DNA from: an uncultured virus (IMG/VR IMGVR_UViG_3300023273_001138)
Taxonomy: Duplodnaviria > Heunggongvirae > Uroviricota > Caudoviricetes
Direction: 5' to 3' (one strand)
Length of the DNA stretch: 64,000 nt
IMG/VR virus record: IMGVR_UViG_3300023273_001138
In this document: positions 48,483 through 57,329 of the stretch, in pieces
Layout of the letters: each line of letters begins with the position of its first letter
Position numbering within the stretch: position 1 is the stretch's first letter
Made by a program: the position numbers and the translations under genes
The notes under the pieces: model-generated
Databases searched by the model: none
Told to the model about the DNA's origin: nothing
Seen by the model: only the letters and a program-made list of their open reading frames with translations

Positions 48483-48510
48483 GGTGATTGATTAATAGAG
48501 AAAAAAATAT

Positions 48511-48912
48511 ATGAAAACACAATTATTGTGTACATTTACTTCAAAGGATGGGTTACAAAAGACTCTGCAAGATATCAGAGAAACTTATGTGATAGTGTAT
48601 AACTATATCTATATTTTACAGAATAAATCAAACTTAGATGAACTTTACGTTACCTATAATATTAATACGGAGTTCAAACCACCACAACCTTTAGAAGATA
48701 CAATACTAATACACAGAAAAAAAGAATCAAATACTCTATACACCATCAACGCACTAAATCAATTAGTGAGAGAAGAAAATGGTGGGGTATTGGATAAGAC
48801 ATTCGTAATAGATTGGCAAAAATTTAGAAATTCAATAATACTTACAAATACTGAGGGTACGAAACGTATTCAGACTCGTATCTTTGAGGTTATAGAATTT
48901 AATCAAAACTAA
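48511..48912 (+). CDS. Conserved phage hypothetical protein
   Basis: QLLCTF...TYN...HRKKE.NTLYTINALN motif; function unknown. Confidence 0.65.
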   Translation: MKTQLLCTFTSKDGLQKTLQDIRETYVIVYNYIYILQNKSNLDELYVTYNINTEFKPPQPLEDTILIHRKKESNTLYTINALNQLVREENGGVLDKTFVIDWQKFRNSIILTNTEGTKRIQTRIFEVIEFNQN

Positions 48913-48922
48913 AATAAAAAAT

Positions 48923-49834
48923 ATGCTATTAAAAGTAGGTTCAAGAGGTGAAGATGTAAAAGCAGTTCAAGAATTCTTAGGTCTTGGTGCTGATGGAATC
49001 TTCGGAAAAGGTACGGAACAAGCCGTAAAAGATTTTCAATCCTTAAATGGATTAACTGCCGATGGTTTAGTTGGAAAAGGAACTTGGGCAGCAATGGGAT
49101 TAAACGATACTGATGCAACTGGACAAGAAGAATCAGATGCACCAGATATCTATTCAAAGAATAAAGTAACTAAGGGTGATTTAGAGTATGTAGAATACTT
49201 TATGCCCGAAGATGAGTACAAACATGGACCTGTAAACTACGAATATCTTTTCTTACACCACACCGCTGGATGGCATAATCCTTATAAGTGTGTTGAGTAT
49301 TGGGATATGGATAATGGTACTATTGCAACTGAATGGGTAATGGGTGGACCATCGGTAAAAGGAAACGATGATAAATACGATGGTGAATTACTACAATGTT
49401 TCCCAGAAGGTAACTACGCATGGCACTTAGGTAAAAATGGTTCACAACATATGCACGTGCATTCAGTAGGTATTGAAATTTGTAACTTTGGATATGTAGT
49501 AGATGGAAAAACTTATGCTGGTACTCAAGTAGCAGATTCACAAATTGTAACTCTAAAAGAAGAATTTAGAGGACACAAAACTTGGCATAGATATTCTGAT
49601 AAACAAATCGAACAATTAGAAAAGTGGATGAAGTTTATTGGAGAAAGGGATGGAATTGATATCAGAGCTGGATTACCTGCTTTAATCAAAGAAAAAGGTG
49701 CAGCTGCATTTGAGTTCAATGAAGATGCTTACTATGGTAAAGTAAAAGGTGTGTGGACTCACACTAATACTCGTAAAGATAAATTTGATTTGTTCCCACA
49801 ACAAGAGTTGTTGGATATGTTAGTATCTTTGTAA
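48923..49834 (+). CDS. Endolysin: peptidoglycan-binding domain plus N-acetylmuramoyl-L-alanine amidase
   Basis: LKVGSRGEDVK..Q...DGIFG..T..AVK.FQ...GL.ADG.VG..TW; LHHTAG, AWHLG, SVGIEICN, H...RKDK.D. Confidence 0.9.
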   Translation: MLLKVGSRGEDVKAVQEFLGLGADGIFGKGTEQAVKDFQSLNGLTADGLVGKGTWAAMGLNDTDATGQEESDAPDIYSKNKVTKGDLEYVEYFMPEDEYKHGPVNYEYLFLHHTAGWHNPYKCVEYWDMDNGTIATEWVMGGPSVKGNDDKYDGELLQCFPEGNYAWHLGKNGSQHMHVHSVGIEICNFGYVVDGKTYAGTQVADSQIVTLKEEFRGHKTWHRYSDKQIEQLEKWMKFIGERDGIDIRAGLPALIKEKGAAAFEFNEDAYYGKVKGVWTHTNTRKDKFDLFPQQELLDMLVSL

Positions 49835-49835
49835 A

Positions 49836-50069
49836 ATGGCAAGTATAGTATATAGATTGGTAAACACTGGTTTAGCTGGTGAACCAGAACACATAGCACT
49901 TCAATCATTGGATAACCGATTAATGTTAGAAATATCTGATATTGATAAGGTTATGGAGGATGGACTCAGAGAATGGGATTCTGCTTTAGACTATGATAGA
50001 ATGTTAAAAACTCCTAATCATCGGTTTAATATACACACCATTAATGGTGAAATTATACTAGAGCTATAA
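49836..50069 (+). CDS. Hypothetical protein
   Basis: Starts 1 nt after the endolysin stop. Confidence 0.55.
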   Translation: MASIVYRLVNTGLAGEPEHIALQSLDNRLMLEISDIDKVMEDGLREWDSALDYDRMLKTPNHRFNIHTINGEIILEL

Positions 50070-50084
50070 AAAAATCAAAATAAA

Positions 50085-50116
50085 TTTGGTAATCTCAAAA
50101 TAATTCCTTATATTTG
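50085..50116 (+). promoter_or_regulatory. Bacteroidota-type promoter 1 upstream of SSB
   Basis: TTTG-N20-TATATTTG. Confidence 0.8.
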
Positions 50117-50163
50117 TATCAACAAATGAGGAAAATTAACATTTCAAAAAAAATTAAAAAAGA

Positions 50164-50195
50164 TTTGGAATTGTTAAAAACTTTTCGTATATTTG
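50164..50195 (+). promoter_or_regulatory. Bacteroidota-type promoter 2 upstream of SSB
   Basis: TTTG-N20-TATATTTG. Confidence 0.8.
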
Positions 50196-50238
50196 TATAA
50201 ATATATCTTCAAAATTCCACTTAAAACCAGGTATTTTG

Positions 50239-50247
50239 ATATTTATA
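50239..50247 (+). promoter_or_regulatory. Putative late-promoter motif ATATTTATA upstream of SSB
   Basis: Recurrent motif. Confidence 0.5.
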
Positions 50248-50312
50248 TAAGGTGTAGGAAAGACACCATAATAAAACCAATAAAACAATTAAAACTTTAA
50301 AATTTAAAAATT

Positions 50313-51137
50313 ATGGCACTAGATTTAAGCGCAATCAGAGGTAGACTGAACAAACTACAAAACACTTCAAACAGAACATCAAATCTGTGGAAACCCACAC
50401 CGGGTAAACATCAAGTCAGAATCGTTCCTTACAAATTTTCTCCTGAAAATCCTTTCATTGAACTATTCTTCCATTACAACATCAACAACAAAACGTACTT
50501 GTCTCCAAGTTCATTTGGTAGACCAGACCCAATCGTTGAGTTTGCTGAAAAGTTGAAAAGAATGGGTGATAAAGAAGATTGGAAAGCAGCGAAGAAAATG
50601 GAGCCAAAATTAAGAACTTTTGTACCTGTACTCGTAAGAGGAGAGGAATCAGAAGGTGTTAAGTTTTGGGGATTCGGCAAAACTGTTTATCAGGAAATCT
50701 TAGGTTACATTGCTGACCCAGACTATGGTGATATTACTGACCCTAATAATGGTAGAGATATTACTATTGAGTATGTATCAGCTGAAGATGCAGGAACTTC
50801 TTATCCTGTAACTACTATCCGTGTTAAACCAAATGTAACTCCATTGGCAGAGGGTGATACTAACATCCAAAACTTTATGGAATCTCAAAGTAACATTACT
50901 GATATCTATTCAGAGTTATCTTATGATGAATTAAAATCAGTATTAGAAGGTTGGTTAAATCCAACTGCTGAAGAAGGTGAAGAGAGTGTTTCTCAACAAA
51001 CTCTATCAACTCCATCAGCACCTAAAACTGAAGCTACTACGGCACCAGCTGCAGCACCTTCAAATGAGGTAACTACTGAAGAGAAAAAGAAAATGGATGA
51101 TGTTGCATCAGCATTTGATGATTTATTTAACGGATAA
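50313..51137 (+). CDS. ssb: Single-stranded DNA-binding protein (T4 gp32-like)
   Basis: WKP..G...VRIVP, W.FGK.VY, DITD...GRD and an acidic tail ending AFDDLF; precedes the recombinase. Confidence 0.85.
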   Translation: MALDLSAIRGRLNKLQNTSNRTSNLWKPTPGKHQVRIVPYKFSPENPFIELFFHYNINNKTYLSPSSFGRPDPIVEFAEKLKRMGDKEDWKAAKKMEPKLRTFVPVLVRGEESEGVKFWGFGKTVYQEILGYIADPDYGDITDPNNGRDITIEYVSAEDAGTSYPVTTIRVKPNVTPLAEGDTNIQNFMESQSNITDIYSELSYDELKSVLEGWLNPTAEEGEESVSQQTLSTPSAPKTEATTAPAAAPSNEVTTEEKKKMDDVASAFDDLFNG

Positions 51138-51147
51138 TTTACACTAA

Positions 51148-52266
51148 ATGGCAAAAAAAGAAATGGACTTAGCGGCGGAACTAGCTTCCGAGCTAAACAA
51201 AACAAACAAAGACCAGAAGGTTGCCTTCTTCTTAGGAGAGGATGATGCACCCACAAATGTGGATGGATGGATATCAACTGGCTGTGCTATGTTAGATGTT
51301 GCCATTTCGAATCGCCCTTATGGTGGACTTCCTGTTGGTAGAATTACCGAAGTAACTGGTTTAGAACAAAGTGGAAAATCATTAGTATCTGCACACCTCC
51401 TTGCTGAAACACAAAGGCAAGGTGGTGTTGCGGTTCTAATTGATACTGAAACTGCGGTAAGTAGAGAATTCTTAGAAGCAATTGGTGTAGATGTAGCAAA
51501 ACTACTTTATGTATCAGCTGATTCAGTAGAACAAATTTTCGAATTTACTGAAACAATCATTGAAAAGGTAAGAACCACACAAAAGGATAAGTTAGTAACA
51601 ATCGTAGTAGATTCAGTTGCTGCAGCTTCAACTAAGAATGAGTTGGCAGCTGATTATGGTAAAGATGGATACGCTACTGATAAAGCTATTATTATCTCAA
51701 AGGCGATGAGAAAAATTACCAATTTAATTGGTAGGCAAAAAATCACCTTAGTATTCACTAATCAATTAAGACAGAAAATGAACGCTATGTTTGGTGACCC
51801 GTGGACTACTTCTGGAGGAAAAGCTCTTGCATTCCATGCATCAGTTAGACTTCGTTTGAAGAATATGGGACAAATCAAACAAAAAGTCAATGGGCAAGAT
51901 AAAACCATTGGTATGAAAGTTAGATGTCAGGTTATCAAAAACCGAATGGGACCACCACTTCGAGCAGCTGATTTCGAAATATTCTTTGATAGAGGAATCG
52001 ATAACTTCGGTTCTTGGTTAGGAGTAATGAAGGAAAATAAGTTGGTGAAGCAGGCTGGTGCATGGTACACTTACATTGATACGGAAACTGGAGAGGAAAT
52101 TAAATTCCAATCCAAAGATTTCATTGATTTGATGGAAGAAAGAGAAGATGTTAAAGAACAAATCTACAAAAAGATTTGCGAAGCAACTATCTTACAATAC
52201 AAATCAGATTCTAAAGATATCGAAGCACATGAGTTAGATACTGAGGGAGCTGAGGTGGTAGAATAA
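51148..52266 (+). CDS. recA: RecA/UvsX-like recombinase
   Basis: GRITEV.GLEQSGKS (Walker A), IVVDSVAA, FTNQLR, TTSGGKAL.FHASVR, KNR..PP, GAWY. Confidence 0.95.
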   Translation: MAKKEMDLAAELASELNKTNKDQKVAFFLGEDDAPTNVDGWISTGCAMLDVAISNRPYGGLPVGRITEVTGLEQSGKSLVSAHLLAETQRQGGVAVLIDTETAVSREFLEAIGVDVAKLLYVSADSVEQIFEFTETIIEKVRTTQKDKLVTIVVDSVAAASTKNELAADYGKDGYATDKAIIISKAMRKITNLIGRQKITLVFTNQLRQKMNAMFGDPWTTSGGKALAFHASVRLRLKNMGQIKQKVNGQDKTIGMKVRCQVIKNRMGPPLRAADFEIFFDRGIDNFGSWLGVMKENKLVKQAGAWYTYIDTETGEEIKFQSKDFIDLMEEREDVKEQIYKKICEATILQYKSDSKDIEAHELDTEGAEVVE

Positions 52267-52282
52267 AAAGTAATAATAAGTT

Positions 52283-52528
52283 ATGAGTAAATTAAAAGAA
52301 ATGTTACAAGCATCTGCGAAAGCAGATAGAGCTAAAGCACTCCTTACTTTGGAGTTGTTGGAGAACAAAGCAGTGGGTATTGGAGACCACTCAACTGAGG
52401 ATTTTTATAAAAACGCAGAAGAGGCATTATCCAAACTATGTGATGCAGAAGATAGATTACAAACTATCGATAATTATTTCGGTGAAGGTATTCACAATTA
52501 TTTTTCTGATTCAACAACAACTACATAA
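52283..52528 (+). CDS. Small conserved phage hypothetical protein
   Basis: VGIGDHS motif flanked by helices; coupled to the next gene. Confidence 0.6.
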   Translation: MSKLKEMLQASAKADRAKALLTLELLENKAVGIGDHSTEDFYKNAEEALSKLCDAEDRLQTIDNYFGEGIHNYFSDSTTTT

Positions 52529-53574
52529 TGAAAGACCTCTATAAAAACATTCTAAACGAAGTTGAGCAGGAACGAGAAACGAATCACCTTCGTGAGAGAA
52601 ATAGTAGAGTTCTGATTATTGATGGACTAAACACCTTCATCCGAAGTTGGACAACCAACCCCACAATGAATGAGGATGGTGACCATACGGGTGGGGTGAT
52701 TGGCTCCCTCAAATCTATTGGATACCAAATTAGAGAATTTAATCCAACCCGATGTATCGTAACCTTTGATGGTAAAGATGGTTCTCAATCCAGAAAGAAA
52801 ATCCACGAAGGATATAAAGCTGGTAGAGAAAAGAACCGATTTAGAGTAAACCGTCAATATCAAGGTATGATGGATGAGGAAGAGGAAAGATTATCTATGA
52901 AACAACAATTCATTTGGTTAAATGATATTTTAGATTATCTACCTGTTCAGACTATGATTTATGATGGAATTGAAGCAGATGATACAATAGCATATCTAAC
53001 TAAACACAATGAATCGGATTTAGGTAATGAAGTTGTTATTGTTTCAACTGATAAAGATTTTCTTCAGTTAGTTTCTGATAAAGTAAAAGTATTTTCACCT
53101 ACTAAAAAGAAATTATACGATAGACAGATGGTGTTTGATGAGTATGGAATTTGGCCTGAGAATCTTTTATTATATAGAACATTGGATGGTGATAAATCAG
53201 ATAACATACCAGGCATCAAAGGATGTGGTATTAAAACTCTTTTAAAGAGGTTTCCTGAACTTTCTGAGGATAGATTGATAACACATGAGGAGTTCTTCCA
53301 ATTGTGTGAAGATAAGCAAGGTAAAATCAAATTATATGATGATATCTTAAAAGCAAAAGACCAACTTCTTATGAATAAGAGGTTAATGGAGTTAGATGAA
53401 CCCCATATCCCAACAAATCAGAAGTTAAAAATCTTAGATAGATTTAATGAAGATGATGTTGAATTTAAGAAATTAGATTTTCTTAGAGTTGGACAAAAAT
53501 ACAAAATTCTCCAAAATTGGAGAGATATAAATGATTGGTTACATTCAACCTTTCAAAATATTATTACAAAATAA
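52528..53574 (+). CDS. rnh: 5'-3' exonuclease / flap endonuclease (T4 RNase H-like)
   Basis: IIDGLN, FDG, YKAGR, EADD, STDKDFLQL, GDKSDNIPGIKGCG.KT. Confidence 0.92.
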   Translation: MKDLYKNILNEVEQERETNHLRERNSRVLIIDGLNTFIRSWTTNPTMNEDGDHTGGVIGSLKSIGYQIREFNPTRCIVTFDGKDGSQSRKKIHEGYKAGREKNRFRVNRQYQGMMDEEEERLSMKQQFIWLNDILDYLPVQTMIYDGIEADDTIAYLTKHNESDLGNEVVIVSTDKDFLQLVSDKVKVFSPTKKKLYDRQMVFDEYGIWPENLLLYRTLDGDKSDNIPGIKGCGIKTLLKRFPELSEDRLITHEEFFQLCEDKQGKIKLYDDILKAKDQLLMNKRLMELDEPHIPTNQKLKILDRFNEDDVEFKKLDFLRVGQKYKILQNWRDINDWLHSTFQNIITK

Positions 53575-53575
53575 T

Positions 53576-53606
53576 TTTGATATATCACAAATTTTTCTTA
53601 TATTTG
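53576..53606 (+). promoter_or_regulatory. Bacteroidota-type promoter upstream of the helicase
   Basis: TTTG-N19-TATATTTG. Confidence 0.75.
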
Positions 53607-53631
53607 TGAAATCAAATTAGGTTATAGGTAA

Positions 53632-54990
53632 ATGCAAAATATAGATACTCTTTCAAAATACGGACAATCCTTTCAAACGAAGGTACTTTCTTCTTTGATT
53701 ACGGATGTTCGTTTATTGGATACTCTTAGTGAGATTATACATCCAAAGTTTTTTGAAGCTGAGGCTAATAAATGGATAGCAGAGGAGATTGTTTCATATT
53801 ACGATGAATTTAAGAAATCTCCAACATTAGACGTTTTTAAATCCGAAGTTTCGAAGTTAGATGATAGAGGGTTTCAGAAAAGTGTAGTAGAGCAATTAAA
53901 ATTAGTTTTTACCAAAGTTGGTGATTCTGATTTGGATTATGTAAAGAAAGAGTTTTCTTCATTTTGCATCAACCAAAACCTAAAACAAGCTATTGTTAGT
54001 TCAGTTGATTTACTAAAAGCTGGTAACTATGATAGAATCAAAGATTTAGTAGATAAAGCAATGAAGGTAGGAGTGGATTCAGATATGGGACACGATTACC
54101 TTTTAGATTTTGAAGAAAGAACTAACGAAGTTGATAGAAGTACAGTTCCAACTGGTTGGGATTGTATTAATGAATTGATGGATGGTGGTTTGGGACCTGG
54201 CGAATTAGGAGTAGCAGTAGCACCTTCTGGTGTTGGTAAAACTTGGGTACTATGTGCAATCGGAGCAGCAGCTGTTAAGAGAGGATTAAATGTAGTACAT
54301 TACTCTTTGGAATTATCAGAACATTATGTGGGACAGAGATACGATACTGTATTTACACAAATCCCATCAGCAGATGTGAAAGATAAGAAAGAAGAAGTAA
54401 AAGAGAAAATCAATAGATTGAGTGGAAAACTTCTTATTAAGTATTTCCCACCAAAAGGTATATCTGCTAAAAAATTAGAATCCCATATTGAGAAGATGAC
54501 AGCAGCAGGAAATAAACCTGATTTGATAATTATTGATTATGCTGATTTGTTATTATCTCACACTAATAAATCCGATTCAACCTATGGTGAGCAAGGTGGT
54601 GTTTACATTGAGTTGAGAGGTATTAGTGGTGAATTGGGTATTCCTATTTGGACAGCATCCCAAACCAATCGTTCAGCAATTGATTCTGAAGTTATTGAAG
54701 CGGATAAGGTAGCAGATTCCTACGCTAAGGTAATGAACGCTGATTTCATTATGAGTATCAGTAGAAAGAGTAAGGATAAATTGAACAATACTGCAAGATT
54801 CCATATTATGAAAAACCGATTTGGACCCGATGGAATTACTTTCCCATCTAAGATGGATACCAATACTGGATTCATTGAGGTTTATGATGGCAATTCATCA
54901 GATGGAATTATTACACAAAAAGAATCTGCAAATGGAGAACAAATGGAGAAAAAGTTACTTCATAAAAAGTATGTTGAAAACTTTGGGTAA
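53632..54990 (+). CDS. dnaB: Replicative DnaB-like helicase (T4 gp41-like)
   Basis: APSGVGKT (Walker A), SLEL, IIIDYADL, WTASQTNR, KNRFG. Confidence 0.93.
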   Translation: MQNIDTLSKYGQSFQTKVLSSLITDVRLLDTLSEIIHPKFFEAEANKWIAEEIVSYYDEFKKSPTLDVFKSEVSKLDDRGFQKSVVEQLKLVFTKVGDSDLDYVKKEFSSFCINQNLKQAIVSSVDLLKAGNYDRIKDLVDKAMKVGVDSDMGHDYLLDFEERTNEVDRSTVPTGWDCINELMDGGLGPGELGVAVAPSGVGKTWVLCAIGAAAVKRGLNVVHYSLELSEHYVGQRYDTVFTQIPSADVKDKKEEVKEKINRLSGKLLIKYFPPKGISAKKLESHIEKMTAAGNKPDLIIIDYADLLLSHTNKSDSTYGEQGGVYIELRGISGELGIPIWTASQTNRSAIDSEVIEADKVADSYAKVMNADFIMSISRKSKDKLNNTARFHIMKNRFGPDGITFPSKMDTNTGFIEVYDGNSSDGIITQKESANGEQMEKKLLHKKYVENFG

Positions 54991-55084
54991 CTATCAAAAT
55001 TTGTACAAAATATCAAAAAACAAAAAAGTAAGAAATTTAATATTGGAACTTAATTTTTTTTCAATATATACAATAGTTATAATC

Positions 55085-55116
55085 ACCGAGCAGCAATCGA
55101 AGGTGTTCGGTTTTTT
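55085..55116 (+). terminator. Terminator-like hairpin between the helicase and the histone-like gene
   Basis: ACCGAGCA...TGTTCGGT stem followed by TTTTT. Confidence 0.65.
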
Positions 55117-55145
55117 AATTTAATTAATTTATAAATATATTATCT

Positions 55146-55316
55146 ATGGCAACATCACAAGAATTATTCGAACAAATCAAAGAACTCTTCGTTGAGTTTG
55201 AAGAAAATCACACTGCAACTACTAAAGCAGGTAAATCAAGAGCTAGAAAGGCAATTGGTGAAATTAAAAAATTAGTAACCGATTACAGAAAAGCTTCTGT
55301 TGAAGAAAATAAATAA
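55146..55316 (+). CDS. Histone H1-like (Hc1-type) small DNA-binding protein, 56 aa (not in the ORF track)
   Basis: MATSQELFEQIKELFVEFEENHTATTKAGKSRARKAIGEIKKLVTDYRKASVEENK; KAxxxRARK...L...YRK signature of the short Bacteroidota/phage Hc1-like family. Confidence 0.75.
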   Translation: MATSQELFEQIKELFVEFEENHTATTKAGKSRARKAIGEIKKLVTDYRKASVEENK

Positions 55317-55321
55317 TCGTA

Positions 55322-55732
55322 ATGGATGTAATTGAGTATCTCCAACATTGTGTCAAAACCGATATAGCACCTTCTCCAATACATGGAATTGGTACATTCG
55401 CTTTAAGAGATATTGAAGTTGGTGAATCTCTTTTTGAAGTGTGGAAAGGTGATACTCGAATTTATACCATTGAAAGGGATAAATTTGAGGAATTACCCCA
55501 CTACACTAAAAAATTAATCTTAAAAGGGTATCTTAATAAACCCGAATACCCAGTTTATTGGTTTAGATTATTTAACGATTGTTATTGGAATTTGGCTAAT
55601 CCAATAATGCATACAAACACAGCCGAAAAAAATGGTAACTTCGATTCAATCACTAAAAAAGTTATCAAGCCAATCAAAGTTGGTGAAGAAATTTTAGGAA
55701 CCTACAATTTAAACGATACAATATTAAAATGA
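55322..55732 (+). CDS. SET-domain protein (putative lysine methyltransferase)
   Basis: SPIHGIGTFALRDIEVGE at the N-terminus and IK.GEEI...Y at the C-terminus; the NHS motif reads NTA. Confidence 0.75.
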   Translation: MDVIEYLQHCVKTDIAPSPIHGIGTFALRDIEVGESLFEVWKGDTRIYTIERDKFEELPHYTKKLILKGYLNKPEYPVYWFRLFNDCYWNLANPIMHTNTAEKNGNFDSITKKVIKPIKVGEEILGTYNLNDTILK

Positions 55733-56040
55733 CATTTGATGAATTGATTGAAAACATCACCCAATGGGCTGATGACAAGGGGATACTTGTTCCTGATAAT
55801 GCTCCAAAACAATCTATGAAGATTATGGAGGAGTTAGGTGAAACAATGGGAGCAATCCTAAAAGGAAAAAAGACTGATGAAGTTATCGATGGTATCGGTG
55901 ATATATTAGTTACAGTTATTATTTTAGCAAAACAATTAGGTTTAGAACCTACCGAATGTTTGGAATCAGCTTGGAATGAAATCAAAGATAGGAAGGGAAA
56001 GACCGTAAATGGTACATTTATCAAAGAAGAAGAACTATGA
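55729..56040 (+). CDS. MazG-like nucleotide pyrophosphohydrolase
   Basis: K..EELGE...D.IGD..V and EIKDRKG...NGTFIKE. Confidence 0.85.
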   Translation: MTFDELIENITQWADDKGILVPDNAPKQSMKIMEELGETMGAILKGKKTDEVIDGIGDILVTVIILAKQLGLEPTECLESAWNEIKDRKGKTVNGTFIKEEEL

Positions 56041-57317
56041 GTATATTTGTAGATACTACAGCGGAAGATGTTCACTTCGTAACTAAACGAGGTGGAGAAA
56101 AAGAGAGTTTTAAATTAGAAAAAATTCAAAATTCTATCCTAAAGGCAATGGAATCCATTGATAGGGTAGATGAGGAAGTAGCAGAAAAGGTTGCAAGAAC
56201 TGTGGAAAGAAGTTTGTTTAAATACGAACACATCACTACTGTAACAGTAGATGAAATTGGTGATGTTGTAGAAAACAAACTTATGGATGTTGGATTAAAC
56301 AATGTAGCAAAAGAATACATTCTATATCGCTCAAAAAACAAACCAAACATCTTTAAGAAAAGAGTAAATCTTAAACCTTACGAATATCCACAATTAGTGG
56401 AGTATGTTGATGCTATTAGACACTCTTATTGGGTTCATACTGAGTTCAACTTCACATCAGATATCCAAGACTTTAAAGTACATCTGAGTGAAAAGGAAAG
56501 AACCGCAGTAGAAAGAGCTATGTTAGCAATATCCCAAATTGAAATCGCTGTAAAAACCTTTTGGGGAGATATCTACAAAAAAATGCCAAAACCTGAGATT
56601 GGAAATGTTGGAGCAACTTTCGCTGAATCGGAAGTTAGACATGCTGATGCATATTCAAACCTAATTCAGGTTTTAGGATTAAACAATGAGTTTGAAAACT
56701 TAATGGAAGTACCTGCGATTCGTAGAAGAATCAAATATTTAGAGAAATCTATTAGTGGAGCTCGTTCTATTGAAAATAGAGATTACTTTGAATCAGTAAT
56801 ACTTTTCTCTATGTTTATTGAGAATGTATCACTATTTTCACAATTCTTAGTGATGTTATCATTTAACAAACATAAGAATGTATTGAAAGGTATTAGTAAC
56901 GCTGTTGAAGCAACATCAAAAGAAGAAAACATTCATGCTGAATTTGGATTTGATTTGGTTAACACAATCAAAGCTGAGAATCCTGATTGGTGGACTGATG
57001 ATTTAGTTGAAGATATTATTGATGCAACTTTAGATGCATACGATGCTGAGGCTGAAATCGTAGATTGGATGTTTGAAAAAGGAGATTTAGATTTCCTAAC
57101 CAAAGAACAAACCTTAGAATTTATTAAAGATAGATTCAACAGGTCATTAAAATCAATTGGTATCGATAGTGTTTTCAGTATTGATGAATCTTTATTAGAA
57201 ACAACTGAGTGGTTTGATGATGAAATCCTTACCACAAAACATACCGATTTCTTTAACAAAAGAAGTATAAATTATAGTAAAAAACAAAAATCGATTACAG
57301 AAGACGATTTATTTTAA
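56037..57317 (+). CDS. nrdB: Ribonucleotide reductase class I beta subunit with N-terminal ATP-cone
   Basis: VTKRGG..E.F...KI (ATP-cone); QIEIAVK, ESEVRHADAY, IENVSLF, EENIH, DFF. Confidence 0.92.
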   Translation: MSIFVDTTAEDVHFVTKRGGEKESFKLEKIQNSILKAMESIDRVDEEVAEKVARTVERSLFKYEHITTVTVDEIGDVVENKLMDVGLNNVAKEYILYRSKNKPNIFKKRVNLKPYEYPQLVEYVDAIRHSYWVHTEFNFTSDIQDFKVHLSEKERTAVERAMLAISQIEIAVKTFWGDIYKKMPKPEIGNVGATFAESEVRHADAYSNLIQVLGLNNEFENLMEVPAIRRRIKYLEKSISGARSIENRDYFESVILFSMFIENVSLFSQFLVMLSFNKHKNVLKGISNAVEATSKEENIHAEFGFDLVNTIKAENPDWWTDDLVEDIIDATLDAYDAEAEIVDWMFEKGDLDFLTKEQTLEFIKDRFNRSLKSIGIDSVFSIDESLLETTEWFDDEILTTKHTDFFNKRSINYSKKQKSITEDDLF

Positions 57318-57329
57318 GAAGTTACAATT

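Noticed and set aside
50126..50200. 24-codon ORF in the SSB upstream region
   Set aside because: Overlaps a promoter and is AT-rich with no coding signature.
50196..50203. Canonical T4 late promoter TATAAATA
   Set aside because: Not found upstream of the structural genes, which carry ATATTTATA; likely chance in AT-rich DNA.
54821..55123. 100-aa plus-strand ORF in the track
   Set aside because: Out-of-frame overlap with the helicase end and runs through the hairpin.
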